Source: an uncultured Candidatus Competibacteraceae bacterium (lineage in GTDB: Bacteria; Pseudomonadota; Gammaproteobacteria; Competibacterales; Competibacteraceae). Taken from it: a stretch of 64,000 bases of DNA. The stretch is taken from contig CAIRMO010000037.1 of the NCBI GenBank assembly GCA_903879705.1, forward strand, positions 3,698 through 67,697. The letters run 5' to 3'. Positions 1-11,196 of the stretch are shown here, piece by piece; position 1 is the stretch's first letter; every line of letters begins with the position of its first letter. Below the pieces are notes generated by a model. That model made no database searches. It had not been told where the DNA came from and saw only the letters and a program-made list of their open reading frames with translations. Position numbers and translations under genes: made by a program.

Positions 1-1693
1 GCCCGGTTCGCACCGCTTTAATCAACGCACTAAGGCCATTGAATGCAAACTCTGCCGATTCTGGAGTTAACGCTTGCCCAATCGATTGTTGCATCGCTTC
101 CGCCGCGCTATAACCGCGCAGCTTTTCCACCGACGGACTGATATAGGTAAAATGGCCTTCCAGATTCATCGTCCAGATGACATCACTGGCATTGTCAGCC
201 AATAACCGATGCCGTTCTTCACTGATGCGCAGCGCCTCTTCCACTTGCTTGCGTTTGGTAACATCCAGTTTCACCGCAACATAATGAGTGGCACGGCCAT
301 TCGCATCAGTCACTGGTGACATATGGGTTTCATCATAATAAATCTCGCCATTTTTGCGGCGATTGATGAATTCACCTGTCCAGGTATTACCGTCAGCGAG
401 ATAACTCCACATTTCATGAAAGACGTTTTTTGTCGTTAAACCGGAATTCAGCATATGCGGTTTTTTCCCAATGACTTCGGCAGCAGTATAACCGGTGACC
501 TGCGTGAAATGCGGATTAACATACTTAATAATAGCATCCGGATCGGTAATGATGACGGACACTGGACTTTGCTCAACGACCATCGACAAGTTGCGCAAAT
601 TGATTTCGACCTGTTGGCTTTGCAGGAGAGTGAGGCTCAGTCGGTGATTAATCCGGTAGATATAAAAAGCGACACACCCAATCATGCCAGTCAGCAGTAA
701 AGCAAGGGTAAGGCCGAAATAAAGCCAGGTCAGGTTGGGTCTGGGATGTGGGTCATAGAGAAAACCATCCAGGGAAAAATGATGCGGTAGCAAATCAATG
801 TCAGCATAGGTGTCGGCGATATGCCGCCAACGTCCAGGATTCATGTAGCCCATTTCTACCAGCATCGGTTGAATCAGAAAAATCATATGTCTGGCTTCGA
901 ACAGATAATAATCGCGGCTGTGACGTTGCGAATACTTCGCCAGAATCAAATCAACGATTTCTTCCGGGTGCTGCATAGCGTATTGCCAACCGCGCAGACT
1001 GGCGTTGCGGAATGCCTTGACCCGATCGGGGTGCGTCTTCAGTACCGCTTCAGTGGTAAACAGCGTGTCGCCATAAAAATCAATGCCTGCTGAACGCGGG
1101 GTATAGACCTGATAGGAAAAATGGGTACGATCCAGGTCATAAGGCTCGCTGGTGACATAAGCAGACATAGCGTCTACTCTGCCATCGATCAAATCCTGTG
1201 GATTGGCGCTGTGCTGCACCCAGTCAATGTGTTCCAGCGGAATGCTTTCTTGCTTGAGATAAGCCAGCAGTTCGTCGGACTGCGGCTCCAGCATGACACG
1301 CTTGCCGACCAGATCATGAATCCCCTGGGTGGGATCGTGTTGTCTGGCGATTAGGACCAGCGGGGAATGCTGAAAAATCACCGCCAGTGCTACGACGGAT
1401 TGCCCGGCTTGTCGGTGCAGCAACAGACTACTGGTGCCAACACCAAATTCTGCCTGGCCTTGCAGGACTTTGTCGACCGGATCGACGCCGGGAAGCGCCT
1501 CTTCAATCTGAACCTCCAGCCCCGCGTCCCGGTAATAACCCTGTTCTTTAGCCGCGTAATAACCAGCGAACTGAAAAGCGTGCGTCCACTTCAATTGCAG
1601 AGTTACGGCATCGAGTGCCCAGACTGGCGCGGCCAACAACAGCCAGCCGCCAGAGGCAATGAGCCTACGGGTCCATCGCTGATTTTTCGTCAC
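1..1693 (-). CDS. Sensor protein, N-terminal part: periplasmic solute-binding-like domain, TM helix, tandem PAS domains; the 3' end lies outside the window
   Basis: Absent from the ORF track because the stop codon is off-window. Manual reverse-strand translation from GTG at 1693 stays open to position 1. It shows a signal/TM (RRLIASGGWLLLAAPVWA), a binding-protein-like region (LQLKWTHAFQFAGYYAAKEQGYY), a TM (LTWLYFGLTLALLLTGMIGCVAFYIY), a PAS domain (VEQSPVSVIITD...GEFINRRKNGEIYY) and a second PAS start (LLADNASDVIWTMNLEG). Confidence 0.7.
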   Translation of the reverse strand, partial: MTKNQRWTRRLIASGGWLLLAAPVWALDAVTLQLKWTHAFQFAGYYAAKEQGYYRDAGLEVQIEEALPGVDPVDKVLQGQAEFGVGTSSLLLHRQAGQSVVALAVIFQHSPLVLIARQHDPTQGIHDLVGKRVMLEPQSDELLAYLKQESIPLEHIDWVQHSANPQDLIDGRVDAMSAYVTSEPYDLDRTHFSYQVYTPRSAGIDFYGDTLFTTEAVLKTHPDRVKAFRNASLRGWQYAMQHPEEIVDLILAKYSQRHSRDYYLFEARHMIFLIQPMLVEMGYMNPGRWRHIADTYADIDLLPHHFSLDGFLYDPHPRPNLTWLYFGLTLALLLTGMIGCVAFYIYRINHRLSLTLLQSQQVEINLRNLSMVVEQSPVSVIITDPDAIIKYVNPHFTQVTGYTAAEVIGKKPHMLNSGLTTKNVFHEMWSYLADGNTWTGEFINRRKNGEIYYDETHMSPVTDANGRATHYVAVKLDVTKRKQVEEALRISEERHRLLADNASDVIWTMNLEGHFTYISPSVEKLRGYSAAEAMQQSIGQALTPESAEFAFNGLSALIKAVRTG

Positions 1694-1772
1694 CCGGTGC
1701 CTCTCGCCATCTTCGTCAACAACGCCACAACCGCTCAAAACGAATGAGGGGGAATCGAGAAACACAGGCCGA

Positions 1773-2687
1773 TCAGCGGGTCGCCTGAGCCGGTTGCAGA
1801 TAGGAAATCGGCGCGTGCCGTTCGTCATCGAAAGTGACTTCTTCCCAGGCGGTGCAGTCAGCCAGTAAGGCCCGCAGCAGACGGTTGTTCAGAGCATGGC
1901 CGGACTTGTAACCGTTGAAGGCGCCAATCAGGCTGTGGCCGAGCAGATACAAGTCACCAATGGCGTCGAGAATCTTGTGCTTGACGAATTCGTCTTCATA
2001 CCGCAGCCCGTCCTCATTAAGAATCCGGTAGTCGTCCACCACGATGGCATTATCCAAGGTCCCACCCAAGGCCAGCCGCCGCTCCCGCAGGTATTCCAGA
2101 TCGCGCATGAAGCCGAAGGTCCGCGCCCGGCTGATTTCCTTAACAAACGAAGTCGTCGAGAAATCAACGACCGCGTGCTGGTTACGACTCTTGAACACCG
2201 GATGATCGAAAGAAATAGTGAATTCCACCTTGAAGCCGGTGAAGGGATCAAACCGCGCCCACTTGTCGCCCTCTTCGACCAGCACCGGTTTTTTGATGCG
2301 GATAAACCGTTTAGGCGCGTTCTGGTCCTGAATGCCCGCCGACTGGATCAGAAACACGAACGGCCCGGCGCTGCCATCCATGATCGGCACTTCGGCGGCG
2401 CTGACATCCACATAGGCATTATCAATCCCGAGTCCGGCAAAAGCCGACAACAGATGCTCGACCGTGGAAATCCGGATCTTGTCCTTGACCAGCGAAGTCG
2501 AGAGCTGGGTATCGCCCACATTCTCCGGACTGGCCTTGATCTCGACCGGTTCGGGCAAATCGACCCGCCGGAACACAATGCCCACATCAGGCGCTGCTGG
2601 CCGCAGGGTAAGATAGACTTTATCGCCGGTATGCAAGCCGACGCCGGTCGCCCGAATCACGTTCTTCAAGGTACGTTGCCGAATCAT
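1773..2687 (-). CDS. lpxC: UDP-3-O-acyl-N-acetylglucosamine deacetylase
   Basis: ORF 1773..2825 trimmed to the internal ATG at 2687 ([24 protein letters not shown], canonical LpxC N-terminus). [14 protein letters not shown] motif present. Sits directly after ftsZ as in the gammaproteobacterial dcw cluster. Confidence 0.93.
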   Translation of the reverse strand: MIRQRTLKNVIRATGVGLHTGDKVYLTLRPAAPDVGIVFRRVDLPEPVEIKASPENVGDTQLSTSLVKDKIRISTVEHLLSAFAGLGIDNAYVDVSAAEVPIMDGSAGPFVFLIQSAGIQDQNAPKRFIRIKKPVLVEEGDKWARFDPFTGFKVEFTISFDHPVFKSRNQHAVVDFSTTSFVKEISRARTFGFMRDLEYLRERRLALGGTLDNAIVVDDYRILNEDGLRYEDEFVKHKILDAIGDLYLLGHSLIGAFNGYKSGHALNNRLLRALLADCTAWEEVTFDDERHAPISYLQPAQATR

Positions 2688-2899
2688 GCGAGTTCCCCAA
2701 TGCAATTTAATGATCTGGACTATGGCGCGGCGGGCTGCCCGGATGAAACGGGAACGCCATAGGTAAATTGCAGTAAAGATACCGCACTCAGTAGCGAGTT
2801 TGCAACTTTTGTTTCCCTTTAACAACGAAGCCTGTTGTTAAGTTGCCAAACTCCACGCCAGTATTCGGATCAGAACGCCGTCGCACGTTTCCCAGCGTC

Positions 2900-2925
2900 G
2901 TCATACCCGCGAAAGCGGATATGAC
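2900..2925. repeat. Solo hairpin module (GTCATACCCGC-GAAA-GCGGATATGAC) of the 130-bp intergenic repeat family
   Basis: Matches the core hairpin of the elements at 7328, 19978 and 41822. Lies in the ftsZ-lpxC spacer. Confidence 0.5.
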
Positions 2926-2946
2926 GAAAAGTGAAAACCCAACCCT

Positions 2947-4149
2947 TCACTCCCCAGCCCCGGCCTGCCGACGCAGGAAAGCTGGAATATCCAGGTAGCC
3001 CAAATCGTCCACTGATTCCCGAGTCTCACCGGCAACCTCGCCTGCCGCCTTCTGACGGGGCCACTCCGGGTGGCGCCCGCCCGTCTCCGGGGTTGGCATC
3101 AGCCTGACATTGACGTAATCACGCGCGATGGCCTCACGCGAGATCGGCTCCCGTCCGCGGGAAGTGGCCGGTTTGGTGGCGGCAGCAGGGACGCTTTGGC
3201 AGAGGCCAGTAGCGACGATCGTGACGCGCAACTCGTTGCGCATCTCCTCATCAACCGCCATTCCCACCTTAACGGTGGCATCCTCGGCCGCCAATTCCTG
3301 GATAATTTCGCCGACCTCGGTGAATTCACCAATCGTGATGTCGAGACCGCCGGTGATGTTGACCAGCAGCCCCTTGGCACCGGCCAGATTGACATTTTCC
3401 AGCAACGGACTACGGATCGCGGCTTCAGCCGCCTCCCGCGCCCGACCATCGCCCACCGCCCGGCCCGTACCCATCATCGCCATGCCCATGGCCGACATCA
3501 CGGTGCGCACGTCAGCAAAATCCACGTTGATCAAGCCAGGATGCGTGATCAGCTCGGCGATTCCCTGCACCGCACCCAGCAACACCTCATTGGCGGCCTT
3601 GAACGCATCCAGCAGGCTGGCGCTCTTGCCCAGCACCGTCAGCAGCTTCTCATTGGGAATGATAATCAGCGAATCCACGGTCTCCCTCAGTTCGTCAATC
3701 CCGCGCTTGGCGACCTCCATGCGTTTCTTGCCCTCAAAGGGGAAGGGCTTGGTGACCACGCCGACGGTCAGAATCCCCATTTCCCGCGCCAGTTGCGCGA
3801 CCACCGGGGCCGCGCCAGTGCCCGTACCGCCGCCCATGCCGGCGGTGATGAACACCATGTCGGCCCCCTGCAACACCTCACGGATGCGCTCGATATCCTC
3901 CTGAGCGGCTTGCCGGCCTACATCGGGATTAGCCCCGGCCCCCAGCCCCTTGGTGATATTGGCGCCAATTTGCAAGGTGATCGGCACCAGCGACGTTTTG
4001 AGCGCCTGGGCGTCGGTGTTGGCACAGATAAAATCCACCTTATCGATATTGGCGCTGAGCATATGCTGCACCGCGTTGCTGCCACCGCCGCCCACCCCGA
4101 TGACCTTGATCACTTCGTTACTCGGCTTGGTATCCATCAGTTCATACAC
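2947..4149 (-). CDS. ftsZ: Cell division GTPase FtsZ
   Basis: 400 aa with the tubulin signature GGGTGTGAAPV, IKVIGVGGGGSNAV near the N-terminus, and the C-terminal FtsA/ZipA-binding peptide DIPAFLRRQ. Confidence 0.97.
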   Translation of the reverse strand: MYELMDTKPSNEVIKVIGVGGGGSNAVQHMLSANIDKVDFICANTDAQALKTSLVPITLQIGANITKGLGAGANPDVGRQAAQEDIERIREVLQGADMVFITAGMGGGTGTGAAPVVAQLAREMGILTVGVVTKPFPFEGKKRMEVAKRGIDELRETVDSLIIIPNEKLLTVLGKSASLLDAFKAANEVLLGAVQGIAELITHPGLINVDFADVRTVMSAMGMAMMGTGRAVGDGRAREAAEAAIRSPLLENVNLAGAKGLLVNITGGLDITIGEFTEVGEIIQELAAEDATVKVGMAVDEEMRNELRVTIVATGLCQSVPAAATKPATSRGREPISREAIARDYVNVRLMPTPETGGRHPEWPRQKAAGEVAGETRESVDDLGYLDIPAFLRRQAGAGE

Positions 4150-4215
4150 GATTGTTTCTCCTCGACAGGGTTTTCGACCCCGGGTTTTTGACTTAACGTG
4201 ACTTGACCTTAAACC

Positions 4216-5448
4216 TTAAAAATTGCCCTGAAACCAGTGCCTCATCCGCGCCCACCACCCATCGCGGCCCACCCGCGATACCGGTCCTGACCGCAACGGC
4301 CGGTTTTCATTACCGAACAGCAACAAACCTACGGCTGTCGAATATTCCGGGTTGCACACCAAATCCGGTAATCCAGTAACCCCCTGCGGGGTTCCCCGTC
4401 GGACCGGCATGTGAAACACGGCTTCGGCCAGTTCCACAACCCCTTCTATCCGGGAACTGCCCCCGGTCAATACCACCCCGGCGGGAATCAGATTCTCAAA
4501 CCCGCTGCGCCGCAGCTTTCCCAGCGCCAAATCGAACAGTTCCTCATAACGCGGTTCCACGACCTCAGCCAAGTCATAGCGGGAAAACACCCGCGCCGCC
4601 CGGTCGCCGACGCCCGCCACGTCGATCCGTTCATCGGCCCGCGTCAACTGTTTGAGGCAGCAGGCATGGTTGATCTTGATTTCCTCCGCCGCTGCTGTTG
4701 GGGTATGAAAGGCGATGGCGATATCGTTGGTGACCTGATCGCCGGCAATCGGGAGTACCGCGGTATGGCTGATCGTCCCGTTGGTGAATACTGCCAGATC
4801 AGTAGTACCCCCGCCGATATCCAGCAGGCAAACCCCCAGGTTCTTCTCGTCCTGGGTCAGCACCGCCCGACTGGACGCCAGGGGTTGCAGGATGATCTCG
4901 TCCACCGTTAACCCACAGCGTTGTACGCATTTGCTAATGTTTTGTTCGGCATTGACCGCACCGGTGACAATATGGACCCGGGCCTCCAGCCGCACCCCGG
5001 ACATTCCTACCGGGTCCTGGATGCCTTCCTGACCGTCAATGACGAACTCTTTCGGCAAGATGTGCAGAATCATCTGGTCCGCCGGGATCGCCATCACCCG
5101 CGCCGCCTCGATCACCTGCTCCACGTCATCGGCGGTCACTTCCTGATTGCGGATCGCGGTGACACCGTCGGAGTTCAGCCCGCGAATATGGCTGCCGGAG
5201 ATGCCGGTATACACCGAATGAATTTTGCACCCGGCGTTCCGCTCGGCTTCATCGACCGCCTGCTTGATGGACTGGACCACCGATTCGATGTTGACCACGA
5301 CGCCTTTTTTTAACCCCCGTGAGGGATGGACGCCGATGCTGATGACCTCGATAGCCCCGTCTGGCCCGACCTCACCTACCATCGCCACCACTTTCGAGGT
5401 GCCGATATCCAGGCCGACGATTAAATTTTTGTCTTCTTTTTTGGCCAT
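4216..5448 (-). CDS. ftsA: Cell division protein FtsA (actin-like ATPase)
   Basis: 410 aa with VGLDIGTSKV and DIGGGTTD phosphate-binding motifs. Positioned between ftsQ and ftsZ. Confidence 0.96.
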   Translation of the reverse strand: MAKKEDKNLIVGLDIGTSKVVAMVGEVGPDGAIEVISIGVHPSRGLKKGVVVNIESVVQSIKQAVDEAERNAGCKIHSVYTGISGSHIRGLNSDGVTAIRNQEVTADDVEQVIEAARVMAIPADQMILHILPKEFVIDGQEGIQDPVGMSGVRLEARVHIVTGAVNAEQNISKCVQRCGLTVDEIILQPLASSRAVLTQDEKNLGVCLLDIGGGTTDLAVFTNGTISHTAVLPIAGDQVTNDIAIAFHTPTAAAEEIKINHACCLKQLTRADERIDVAGVGDRAARVFSRYDLAEVVEPRYEELFDLALGKLRRSGFENLIPAGVVLTGGSSRIEGVVELAEAVFHMPVRRGTPQGVTGLPDLVCNPEYSTAVGLLLFGNENRPLRSGPVSRVGRDGWWARMRHWFQGNF

Positions 5449-5471
5449 GTCCGTTCCCGTTCCCTCTCCCG

Positions 5472-6266
5472 CTAACCTGCCGTCGGCCCTGCTTTCCAGC
5501 GCACTGCGAAGCCATTGCCATAGCGCAAATCCACGATTGCGATCCGGTCGATCTGAGCGGCCAGCACCCGTGGATACAGTTGCGCCAGCAAGCGTAACCG
5601 TGGCTCAAATTGATCGCGCCCGACATACACCTCCAAACCATTGTCGAAGGTCAGCCACCAAGCGCGCCGGTCGTCCTGAGTCAGCTTCGTCAATTTCAGA
5701 CCGAGCGGGTCAAATAGCGCGTGAATGTCCCGCCAAGCCTTGATCAGCGCCAGTTCACGACCCGCCGGCCCGGCCAGGATCGGCCAGGGACCGGGCTGAC
5801 GCACCACCCCCGGCGTGAACCGCCGGCCCTGACGATCCACCATTTCCCGCTCGCCCCAGTAACCAAAGACGACCCGCTCTTGCAATTCGATCTCGATGGT
5901 ATCCGGCCAGCCGCGCCGCACCGCGATCTGTTCAATCCAAGGATTAGCCGTGAGCGCCGCACGCAATTCATCCAGATTGGCCATGAAGAAGTTCTGCCCC
6001 AGATAACCGCTTACCACCGGCTGGAGGTCGGCCTCGGCCAGATTGCGCAATTCGCCTTCAATCCGCACCTGGCGCAACGGAAACACGCCCGGATCACGCA
6101 ATTTCTGGCTGCCGGTCCACAGCCCGAAACCGACGCCCGCCAAGGCCAGCGCCACGCCCAGCCAGCGCAATGGCATTCCCCAGACCGCTTCCCATTGTCC
6201 CGGCGCGGTGGGCGTCTTGCGCTTGAGCGGGGTTGCGCCCCGGCGGCGGCCATGTCCAAGTTGCAT
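5472..6266 (-). CDS. ftsQ: Cell division protein FtsQ
   Basis: 264 aa with a basic N-terminus, a single TM (WLGVALALAGVGFGLW) and a POTRA-like region. Conserved position between ddl and ftsA. Confidence 0.85.
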   Translation of the reverse strand: MQLGHGRRRGATPLKRKTPTAPGQWEAVWGMPLRWLGVALALAGVGFGLWTGSQKLRDPGVFPLRQVRIEGELRNLAEADLQPVVSGYLGQNFFMANLDELRAALTANPWIEQIAVRRGWPDTIEIELQERVVFGYWGEREMVDRQGRRFTPGVVRQPGPWPILAGPAGRELALIKAWRDIHALFDPLGLKLTKLTQDDRRAWWLTFDNGLEVYVGRDQFEPRLRLLAQLYPRVLAAQIDRIAIVDLRYGNGFAVRWKAGPTAG

Positions 6267-6292
6267 GAAATTCTCCGCTGTCCCGTTTTATC

Positions 6293-7252
<960 letters not shown>

Positions 7253-7327
7253 TTATCCGAGGTCGGGGAATTTAGCCACGGAAGGACACGGAAGGACACA
7301 GAAAAATCAGTTGTAAAATAAGAGGTT

Positions 7328-7457
7328 ATACCAATTTCCAATAGATTTTCGCAGTTAGGTCTCCCGGATTCCGCCATATCCGCTTTCGGGGGTATGACGA
7401 ACGGGGTGGTTTTTGACCTGAAAAAGATAAAATCTATCGGGAAACGGGATTACAACC
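7328..7457 (+). repeat. 130-bp MITE/REP-like intergenic repeat, copy A (degenerate hairpin)
   Basis: Near-identical over its length to 19978..20107 and, inverted, to 41822..41989. Shared blocks are ATACCAATTTCCA...TTTTCGCA...AGGTCTCCCGG...TATGACGAACGGGGTGGT.TTTGACCTGAAAAAGATAAAATCTATCGGGAA. Confidence 0.8.
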
Positions 7458-7464
7458 TTTAACC

Positions 7465-8877
7465 TTAACCTTCTTTGACCAGCCGCGCTGCCATTGCGCC
7501 GATGTCGCCTGCGCCCATCAGCAACAGCAGATCGCCATCGCGCAACAGGTCCGGCACGACCACCGATAACTCAGCCGCTTGCTCGATAAACACGGGATCG
7601 ACCTTGCATCGGGTGCGGATGGCCCGGCACAGACTGCGTCCGTCTGCTCCGGCGATGGGTTTTTCGCCCGCCGGATAAACATCCAGCAGGATCAGCGCAT
7701 CGACCTCGGACAACACTTGGGCAAAGTCCTCGAACAGGTCGCGGGTGCGGGTGAACCGGTGCGGCTGAAAGGCCAATACCATGCGCCGCTCCGGCCATGC
7801 GCCGCGCAATGCCGCCAGCACCGCCTGAATCTCGCGGGGATGGTGGCCGTAATCCTCCATCACTGTCACCCGCCCGCCACTCGGCAAGGTCCATTCACCA
7901 TGCGCCTGAAAACGCCGGCCAATGCCCTGAAAATTCAGCAGGGCGCGACGACTAGCGGTTTCGGAAACCCCCAACTCCTGGGCCACGGCCAGCGCCGCCA
8001 GCGCATTCAGGACGCTGTGCCGGCCCGGCAGATTCAGGGTGATCGGCAAGGGCGCTTTCAGGTTGGGCAGATGCGCCATAAACCGGGTGCGCAAGCCGTC
8101 CTGGACGATATCAGTGGCGCGGGCGTCGCAATCGGCGCTGAAGCCATAGGTTAGCACCGGCCGGCTCAGGTGCGGCAGAATCGTTCGCACCTGCGGGTCA
8201 TCGGCGCACAGCACCGCCAGCCCATAAAACGGCAAATGGTGCAGAAACTCGATGAAGGTCTCGCGCAGTCGCTCGAAATCGCCGCCGTAGGTCGGCAGGT
8301 GGTCGGCGTCGATGTTCGTCACCACCGATATCATCGGCTGCAACAGCAGAAACGAGGCATCGCTTTCATCGGCCTCGGCCACCAGATAGCGGCCGGTCCC
8401 CAACCGGGCATTCGCTCCGGCGCTATTCAGCCGCCCGCCGATCACGAAGGTCGGGTCCAGCCCACCCTCGGCCAGCAGGCTGGCGATCAGGCTGGTCGTC
8501 GTGGTTTTGCCGTGGGTGCCGGCGACCGCAATTCCATAGCGGAATCGCATCAATTCGGCCAGCATCTCGGCCCGGGGCACCACCGGAATCCGCGCCGACC
8601 GGGCGGCGATCACTTCAGGATTGTCCTCGGCGACCGCGCTCGAAATCACCACCACGTCGCAATCGGCGATATGTTCAGCGGCATGACCGGGGCGGATGAT
8701 CGCCCCCAGTTGCGCCAGTCGCGCCGTCACCGCGCTGGCTCGCAGGTCGGAACCGGACACGCTGTAGCCCAGATTCAGCAACACCTCAGCGATGCCACTC
8801 ATCCCTGATCCGCCGATACCGACAAAATGCGCATGGCGAATCCGCCGCATATCGCGCCACGCCTCCGGGATTATCAT
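7465..8877 (-). CDS. murC: UDP-N-acetylmuramate--L-alanine ligase
   Basis: [17 protein letters not shown] and [11 protein letters not shown] motifs. Start is ambiguous: ATG at 8877 is chosen, 8850 is also possible. The ORF-track start at 8964 would overlap murG by 50 nt. Confidence 0.92.
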   Translation of the reverse strand: MIIPEAWRDMRRIRHAHFVGIGGSGMSGIAEVLLNLGYSVSGSDLRASAVTARLAQLGAIIRPGHAAEHIADCDVVVISSAVAEDNPEVIAARSARIPVVPRAEMLAELMRFRYGIAVAGTHGKTTTTSLIASLLAEGGLDPTFVIGGRLNSAGANARLGTGRYLVAEADESDASFLLLQPMISVVTNIDADHLPTYGGDFERLRETFIEFLHHLPFYGLAVLCADDPQVRTILPHLSRPVLTYGFSADCDARATDIVQDGLRTRFMAHLPNLKAPLPITLNLPGRHSVLNALAALAVAQELGVSETASRRALLNFQGIGRRFQAHGEWTLPSGGRVTVMEDYGHHPREIQAVLAALRGAWPERRMVLAFQPHRFTRTRDLFEDFAQVLSEVDALILLDVYPAGEKPIAGADGRSLCRAIRTRCKVDPVFIEQAAELSVVVPDLLRDGDLLLLMGAGDIGAMAARLVKEG

Positions 8878-8914
8878 CAAGGGTTTATCCACGTCGCTTG
8901 CTCTCTTGTCATAG

Positions 8915-10000
8915 TCAATATCGCGCCTGTTCCAGACATATCGTCGCCACCTGGTCGGCTGCATCTATTTTCGCCAGTCGCCGCGCCGCCTCGGCCATCT
9001 GCAATAACCGGGCGCGGGCGCCGCTCAACTCTCGTATCAGGGTCGCCAATCGTTCTGTGGTCAGTTCCGCCTGCTGAATCAGCAACGCCGCCCCGCCTTG
9101 CTCCAGAAACCGGGCGTTGGCGGTCTGGTGGTCATCTACCGCAAACGGGAAGGGCACCAGCACCGCGCCCACGCCCGCTGCCGCCAGTTCGGCAATGGTC
9201 AAGGCTCCGGCCCGGCACAGCACCACATCCGCCCAACCGTAGGCTTCAGCCATGTTGTCGATGAACGGCGTCAACCGTACCGCAATCCCGGCCTGGTGAT
9301 AAGCCGCTTGCGCCGCGTCCTGCAACCGGCCCCCGGCCTGATGCCAGATTTCGGGGCGTTCCGCAGCGTCGAGCAAGGCCAGCGCTTGCGGCACCCGTTG
9401 ATTGAGCGCCAGCGCACCCTGACTGCCGCCCAGTACCAGTAACCGCGTCCGACCTTCCCGCCCCGCGAACCGCTCGGCCGGCGGCGGCAGATCGGCAATC
9501 GTCCGGCGAACCGGATTGCCGACCGTCACCGCCTGCCGTTGCGGGGGAAAAGTTCCCGGAAAGGCTTCCAGCACCCGCTGAGCCCACCGCGCCAGAATCC
9601 GGTTAGTCAAGCCGGCGATAGCGTTCTGTTCATGCACCACCAGCGGGATACCGAGCCACCGAGCCATGATCCCACCCGGACCGCTGACAAAACCGCCCAT
9701 CCCCAAAACGACTGCGGGTTGCAACCGGCGCAAAACCGCCCGCGCCTGCCACAACGCCCGCGCCAGCATGAACAGCGTCAGCCAGCGCCGCCGCCAACCT
9801 GTGCCGCGCAACCCGGCGACTTCGATCCACTCCATCGGGATACCCGCCTTGGGAACCAGCGTTGCCTCCAAACCGCTGCGAACCCCCAGCCAAGTCACCG
9901 GGATGCCGCGCTCCCGCAAGCATTCCGCTGCCGCCAGCGCCGGAAACACATGGCCGCCGGTCCCGCCGGCCATGATCAGGACTGGATGCGATGCATTCAT
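8915..10000 (-). CDS. murG: Undecaprenyldiphospho-muramoylpentapeptide beta-N-acetylglucosaminyltransferase
   Basis: 361 aa with the N-terminal [15 protein letters not shown] motif and a GT28 family layout. Confidence 0.93.
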   Translation of the reverse strand: MNASHPVLIMAGGTGGHVFPALAAAECLRERGIPVTWLGVRSGLEATLVPKAGIPMEWIEVAGLRGTGWRRRWLTLFMLARALWQARAVLRRLQPAVVLGMGGFVSGPGGIMARWLGIPLVVHEQNAIAGLTNRILARWAQRVLEAFPGTFPPQRQAVTVGNPVRRTIADLPPPAERFAGREGRTRLLVLGGSQGALALNQRVPQALALLDAAERPEIWHQAGGRLQDAAQAAYHQAGIAVRLTPFIDNMAEAYGWADVVLCRAGALTIAELAAAGVGAVLVPFPFAVDDHQTANARFLEQGGAALLIQQAELTTERLATLIRELSGARARLLQMAEAARRLAKIDAADQVATICLEQARY

Positions 10001-11196
10001 TCGTTGCCACCGGCGCGGGTTTCCACATCAATCCGCAGCAACAGCGCCAGCGCCATGCACATCACCACCACACTGCTGCCGCCGTAGCTCATAAAGGGCA
10101 AGGTCAACCCCTTCGTCGGCAACACCCCCATGTTGACGCCCATGTTAAACAGCGACTGAATACCGAACCACAGGCCAATGCCATAAGCCAGCCAGGCCGA
10201 AAAGTTCAGGCCCAGTTGCTCAGCCCGCTGGCCAATGCGAAACGCCCGCCACACCAGGGTCATGAACAGCGCGATGATGACCAGAATGCCGGCCAGTCCC
10301 AACTCTTCGGCGAGTACGGCAAACAGAAAATCGGTATGCGCTTCAGGCAGATAAAACAGCTTTTCGACACTCTGGCCCAGGCCGACCCCGAACAGCTCGC
10401 CGCGTCCGATGGCGATCAGCGAATGGGTCAACTGGTAGCCGCTGGCCTGGGCATCCGCCCACGGGTCAAGAAAACTGACCAACCGCGCCCGCCGGTAGGG
10501 CGAGGACCACAGCAATACCGCCATCGCTGCCGCCGTCCCGAACAGCAGGACGCCAAACTGGACGAGGTTACCGCCGGCCAGAAACACCATCCCCATTGAT
10601 GCGGCCATCAACACCACGACGCTGCCAAAATCCGGCTCGAGCAGCAGCAGCACCGCCAGCACCGCCAGCACTGCCATAGGCCGCAACAGCGCCAGCGCCG
10701 AGGTTCGAAAATCGGCGGTTTGCAATTCCGCACTGTGCCGGCGGAGATAGTCAGCGACGTAAATCAAGGTAAACAACTTGGCAAGTTCCGAGACCTGGAT
10801 GTTGATCGGGCCGACTCCGATCCAGCGCAGACTACCGTTGACCTCCTTGCCGATGCCCGGAATCAGCACCAGCGTCAACAGGCCAACCGCTGCCAACAGC
10901 AACAGCGGACTGGCCTCCCGCCAGCGCGCCACCTGAACCTGAAAAATCACGCTCCCGGCCAGCACGCCGATCAGCACAAACACGCCCTGCCGAATCAGGA
11001 AATGGAACGGTTGCCCGGTCTGGCGCTCCGCCATGGGCATCGAGGCCGAAGTCACCATCAGCAGGCCAAGCGCCAGCAGCAGCAAGGCAGGAATCAGCAC
11101 CCAAGGATCAGGGAACGGCAACCCGCTCCGGCTTCTGGCGGACGACGCTGATTTCAAATCAGCCGCAATTTGGGCGATATTCAACATCCGGCCCAC
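9997..11196 (-). CDS. ftsW: SEDS-family peptidoglycan glycosyltransferase FtsW
   Basis: 399 aa polytopic membrane protein with LPTKGLTLPFMSYGGSS near the C-terminus. Four-nt overlap with murG. Confidence 0.92.
   Translation of the reverse strand: MGRMLNIAQIAADLKSASSARSRSGLPFPDPWVLIPALLLLALGLLMVTSASMPMAERQTGQPFHFLIRQGVFVLIGVLAGSVIFQVQVARWREASPLLLLAAVGLLTLVLIPGIGKEVNGSLRWIGVGPINIQVSELAKLFTLIYVADYLRRHSAELQTADFRTSALALLRPMAVLAVLAVLLLLEPDFGSVVVLMAASMGMVFLAGGNLVQFGVLLFGTAAAMAVLLWSSPYRRARLVSFLDPWADAQASGYQLTHSLIAIGRGELFGVGLGQSVEKLFYLPEAHTDFLFAVLAEELGLAGILVIIALFMTLVWRAFRIGQRAEQLGLNFSAWLAYGIGLWFGIQSLFNMGVNMGVLPTKGLTLPFMSYGGSSVVVMCMALALLLRIDVETRAGGNE

Noticed and set aside
455-1747. Five plus-strand ORFs (455..700, 748..978, 821..1093, 1121..1354, 1367..1747)
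   Set aside because: They are short, overlapping and compositionally odd. The opposite strand carries one continuous open frame with clear signal/TM/PAS features whose stop is off-window, so these are antisense shadows.
3070-4191. 373-aa plus-strand ORF and other long ORFs opposite dcw genes (for example 16829..17995, 15687..16706, 11295..12305, 9991..10599)
   Set aside because: All lie antisense to genes with strong family motifs and have His/Arg/Gln/Pro-rich low-complexity products. They are treated as non-coding.
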